64,000 nt of DNA from the NCBI GenBank assembly GCA_013239625.1, contig MU053629.1, forward strand, positions 1,453,567 through 1,517,566. The letters run 5' to 3'. Both the position numbers and the translations under genes were made by a program. Each line of letters begins with the position of its first letter. Position 1 is the stretch's first letter. Of the stretch, positions 1 to 64,000 are shown piece after piece. Source of the DNA: Lama guanicoe. Its lineage: Eukaryota. A model generated the notes under the pieces. It did no database searches. It was not told the origin of the DNA and saw nothing but the letters and a program-made list of their open reading frames with translations.

Positions 1-835
1 GGGGTGTTTGACTAATATCCCCAGGACCCCATGTGAAGGGGAAGCATTCCTCTGGGTAACAGAGACCAAAGAGAATCCTGTGGCCTTTTAAAGAACACTG
101 CAAGACCATTAAAGCCATGGGCTGCACCCAGTTACTTTTCCGGCTTTCAGAGCTGACAATAACTGCTTTACATGTTCCCCAGAGAGGGCTTCCTTGCTGT
201 ATGTATCCCTAGCTGATATTCACCAGTCTAGCTATCAAGATGTCACAGAATAGATATGACAGTGAATATGGAGTCGAATAAAAATTGGGTATTTGTAAAT
301 TATGCTGCTTGTTAAATGTGTTAAAAACCCACATAGGAGAATTGCACAGGAAGTCTTCTAAAGAGCCAAGAAACCTATAATGTGAATAAAAGCCTCTAAT
401 TTATTTGTTTATACACATGGATTTCCTAATACTTTTAAAAAGGAGGTGCATACCTGTATAATTCCGCAGTAATAATAAGCTGAAATGGCAGCTGCAAGTA
501 TAGAGTTACAAAAGATTGTTCATGGTTCCCCCCAAGACACCCTGGAGATATGTCTGTAACTACACTTTCTCTACATGGGAGGTAGTCTTACACTGTTCAG
601 CCTGTGACAAAGACAGCGGCTTGTCCTTGCAGAAAGTTTATATCCAGTTCAGTAATTAACAGCTTATTTAAAATCAAGATCTAGAATGCTGGAAACTTAA
701 GAATAAGCAAAGAAAGTTTCTAAACTTCATTATAAATGACCAAAAATGTTAAAGGTAAATTACTTCCAACTAAAAAGAAGGAGTGACAGATGAAAACTAT
801 ACCGTCTGAAACCCTAGATTAAAGACAGTACTGAC

Positions 836-59437
<58,602 letters not shown>

Positions 59438-61770
59438 CTACATACAAACAGAACAAACACGCATCAATGGCAACCAAGTAGAGTATACGTCTGAAACTAG
59501 CTGAGGGCTGAGTGCTGCTACCATACCAATTGGTGAGAAATGGATACTCATGTTTGAATACATGCATGCATTAAGTGAATCTGAGCAAAATGCTTTGGTA
59601 AAAAACAACAAACAAACAAAAAACTAGAGCAATGTAAGAAAACAAAGAAAAGGCCCTGTTTAATGTACCGGTGTCTCTGTAAGCGCTTTAGCAACACGCT
59701 GCCACAAGAAAAAGAAAGGCAGAAGCTGCTCTCAAAATGCTTAGCTTAAAATGCTCTGCAGTATTAAACCAGACCATCACTTATGGGGAAAGAAAAAAAA
59801 AAGAACTAGGCACTTAGGCCACTGCTTGTGAGACCTACTAGTAATAGGACTTCATCCAATTTAACATTACCATTGCAAAAAGTTAAGACTGAGCAGAGTG
59901 TTTACATATCTGCAATGAAACATTACCAAAAAATGAATACAGAAGGGCAAGTAAACTTACACAAAAAGGAGACATAAGCATCACCCTTTGGGTTTCATTA
60001 ATATAAGGAACATTGTCACTGTGTCATATGTGTATTTATTACAGGTTGTGAAACTCCTACATAGAGGAAGCAAAGTTTCACAGACAAGAATATGTAAGAT
60101 TTACTATAAAATATCTACATAAAATTACCAAGTAGTGTCATACCATTAGTTTTGCCAATAGGCAAAAATCTACATTAGACAGCAAAAATGTTAATATGTT
60201 TGAACACAACAACTGTCCAAGTCATGTGCCAATATTGGCTTCAAGTAAATATGTAAGTGTCTATCTAATTCTTACAACCTTTGTCTTTTTTAATTTAATT
60301 GATCTTAGGTACACAAGTTAGATTAATCGTACTCCTGGGCTCATAATGTCTTCACATCATTGGTCTATGCATGGCTTGCTTTTGTATTTATATTTATTTA
60401 TAGTAAATGTGAACACAAGAACTAGAAAACTGACAGTAACTTGTATCTATCTATCTGTTCCTCCTTGAGCCCATCTCCCTCTGTGTCTTCCTACCTAAGG
60501 CTTTCATTATCACTCCTTTGCTTTTATTGTTGTTAAATACTGGTTTATCTTATATGTATTCCCAAGATAAACAGTGTTTAGTTTTAGTTGTTCTTGACTT
60601 TATAAAAGCGAATCATTCTATGTAGTCTTTCTGGACGTATCTTTCAGTTAATACAGTATTGCTAATACTCATTCACATTATTGTATGTAGCCATAGTTCA
60701 TTTGAGTGCTGTATATCTTATCGTGTGAACATACCAAATTTCCCTGTTAGGAATGTATCTTAAGGCACTCAATAAAAGTAGTATTATATAAAAATTATAT
60801 TTGTTACGTACTAGACGGAATAGATTTGAGAAGAGAACTATTTAAGCACTATTGCCCACAGAGAAAATATTGACTGTGTAAATTATGTTTAAATTATTAC
60901 ACTGATGTCAATAAAACCTCAACTTCAAAATCAGACACAGAAATTCACAATAGGCAGCTAAAATTATAAAGTAGTTATGAAATAATTTATATGGATTCTA
61001 CTAAAATAATTTAGAATGGCAAAGAATATATGGTTTATCTGCCTTTCATGTTTTAGCAAGAATTCTTAGATTAAAAAATACTGGATTTTTGGTTTTCATG
61101 CACATAAAAAATAACCAATCTGAAAATTTACACAAACTGTATAGCTGAATATTTTTTCATATAATACAGAAAAGAGTAAAAATCCAAACAATGATGTCAT
61201 GGATGTATAATGTATTAAATTAAAAATTACATTTAAAGAATAAAGCAGGAGCTAATGTGGAAAAAAAGAAAATAAAAACAAATAATCATTTTCCATTTCT
61301 TTAAGTAGCCCAAATTCAGAATCTGGATTTAACCTTAACTCACAAATGATATTTTTTGGCTCTTAGCATTGAGCTTGTTGGTTCAGTAATAAAATTTCAG
61401 AATAAAAAGTTCTTTTCTCTTCCAATATCTATGAATTACTTTTCAAAATGAAAATGAAATGTGCAATGAGCTAATGTTAGAACCACTGAAGTAAAAGCGA
61501 CTTTAAAGATTATCTAGTCAAATTTCCTCACTTGAGGAAATAGAGGCTCAAGGAAAATGATCTGCTAAGTTAATGACAATAATTCCCTAAGTTTACATAT
61601 TCCTGTTATTAATCAACTCACAAATCACTGATCCATGAAAATTTCAACTGCCTGCCTATCCAAAGATCCAACTGTGAAGAATCTACAAAAAGTGAATTGT
61701 CTTCATATATTCCAAAATATTCTATGATTAGGTGGCCAATCCCCAATTAAATCCTCCCTGAGATTTAAAG

Positions 61771-61972
61771 CAAGGGTCAGCAAACTCTTCCTGTAAAAAG
61801 CCAGATATTTTACATTTCGTGGGTCATTAACTACTCATGCAACTACTCAACTCTGCTGTTACAGCATGAAAACAGTCACAGATAATACATGAGTGTGGCT
61901 GTGTTCCAATAAAACCTTACTTTCAAAAAAAGCAATCCAGATGTGGTGCACTAGTTAGTTTGCTGACACCTA
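61771..61972. mobile_element. MER58A-like hAT MITE
   Basis: CAAGGGTCAGCAAACT...GCAACTACTCAACTCTGC...GTGTGGCTGTGTTCCAATAAAAC...AGTTTGCTGACACC. Confidence 0.8.
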
Positions 61973-64000
61973 ATTTAAAGGATACAACCTATAAAGTGTA
62001 TAACCCAAACAAAACTTTGTATGAATAAAATACAGGAAAGTACAGGAAAGACACTATCTGAAAGCATTAGGGTAAATAAATAAATTAAATAAGTGCAATC
62101 AAAATATTTAGGCTGACAGCAAAAATACTTGGAAACACAAAAATTTACAGTATGGAAATGAGAGATGAAAAAACTCTAATTTGTAAAACATTGTAACAAC
62201 CTAATAAGTGATTTGTTCTGTATTGTTTTATTTGAATATAGAAAATATTGTGTCTGAAAAGCATATCAAAAGTCTCTACAGAGTAACAGTAACTGAGCCC
62301 AATTCTTACTTGATATTAAGTCAGAGTCTTCTACTATGAGAAGAAAATATAATTCAACAAGAAATTTGAGATTGTTTACTTGTCCTTACAACTTTGGTTC
62401 TTAAATGGAATTTTCAAAATGAACATGGCAGAACTGCAATACATACTTTATAAACCATAAAATATGTAGGCAAGCTAAAAGGGGAAAAAAATTAAACATG
62501 CCATCATGTACTTGCTTGAAGCTCTTCTTTTTTCTGGGGCTCAACTGGCCAAAAAGGAGTAAATACACTACCACAACAAGAATCAGAAGACAAAAGGAGA
62601 AATTTGATACAGGAGACAACATTCACATTTGCTCTTCTTTATAAATCTAATTTGAAATGCATAGATAAAATAGCACTTCACCCATACAAGTTACCATGAC
62701 ACACACATGCTGATAAATGTTCCCAATATTATTTAGCAATAAAACCCTAATATTATATTTAAAGACCTGGGGCAGCGGGAGTTGGGGTAGGGTTAGGGTG
62801 GGGGTTAAATCAAACTATAATCTCCTTAAATTTTTGCTTTGGTATTCCCATTTTTCACTGTATCAGCTTCAGCTTAAGCATGAAAACTAAAGTTAAGTAT
62901 GTGCAAAAAGGTACTGCCTTTCAGCAAAGGATGAGCTCAGTTCTGCACAACTACAGCAAATTTTTAAAGTATTTATCAAAGTACCAAAATACAACATTTA
63001 GTTTAACAGGTTTTGCCAAGAATTTTGACAATTAAATTTGATGGAAAATTAAATGAGTTAATATTTGAAGTGATTACAACAATAACTGGCATATAGTAAG
63101 CAGTTTATAGTGTTCATAAATTTCATATTGCTTCTGAGGCGCTAAGCAGGAATATGTTTCACCTTCTCTTTTTAAAGTATTATATGACATTTCTGGTCTT
63201 AGAATTTAGCTTTGATGCCTCAAAAGAGCTGAGAGAGTTGGCTGAGCTACAATTATTTGCTCACTTTGCTCTACCATTTCCTACCTTTCTCTACTTTGCT
63301 CTACTCTTTCTTGGACCAAGAGCACAGACCAGTTGTGAAACATTAACTGGAGTGAGGGGAGAAGCAGCAATCATGGTTCAACAGCATGTATCCCAGTATC
63401 CTCAGTGCCAAATACTGAAATTAGAGGCACTACGCTCTCTCCAGGAGGAGTCTCTGGAGGCATAGTAAGGGCAGCTGAAATGCACACAACTATCAGCTGA
63501 TACTGATATATCCATTTAGCCTCAGTAAATGGGACGTAAACACTGTAATGTCTAATTTCTCTTTTAATAATTCTGGACCATTCGGCTAATAGATGAAAAA
63601 GCAATCTAAAGGGGAAAAAATTACATTTCCTTTTCAAAATATTGGAAAGGGGTAAAAAACATATAGAAGAATTCTCCTTGGCTGGACATTTGCCTGTCCT
63701 TCATAGCTCAAGTCAGAATCAGAACACCTGAATGGCTCCTAAAAGTTCTCAGACTTGGTAGTTCATCTGCCCGACTGATGACAGGCATATTATGGCTTAT
63801 GACATATTAATAATAAATAAGGAAAAAACAGGTGGCTTATTTTACCATCATTAAAGAGGAAAACAAAACAAGCAAAAAAACCCCCACTGTGGTTAAAAAG
63901 AAAAAAATCCAGAGGGTAGTCTCTAAATATACATGATGTTTTTAAATTCCTTTCAAAATATAATGTCCCGAATGTATTTTCAATGTTAATTTCTTTTAAA

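Overview
Mammalian genomic DNA lying entirely inside the HERC1 gene (giant HECT/RCC1-like E3 ubiquitin ligase), transcribed on the minus strand. I traced 42 consecutive coding exons from 59437 down to 836. They total 8051 nt (2 nt plus 2683 codons) and splice into one open frame with compatible phases. They cover the SPRY domain, a UBA-like segment, a Cys/His-rich module, the WD40 repeats and the first part of the second RCC1-like domain (RLD2). The gene's 5' and 3' ends are outside the window. Introns hold ordinary eutherian repeats (L1, L2, MIR, Tigger1 derivatives, MER82, MER58, an LTR/ERV remnant) and an antisense processed IMMP1L fragment with a 17-bp target-site duplication. I saw no Alu, Bov-tA, PRE1 or Can-SINE elements; this and the L1 3' ends suggest an artiodactyl, probably a camelid (inference). 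I see no new multi-gene system. The best leads are splice-level: a candidate in-frame 54-nt cassette exon beside a candidate poison exon, several other micro/poison exon candidates, two in-frame alternative acceptors, a GC donor and a GAG acceptor. The IMMP1L retrocopy may record a non-canonical splice form, and one exon encodes a MYCBP2-like Zn module. Repeat family names and orthologue comparisons are from memory, not from searches.
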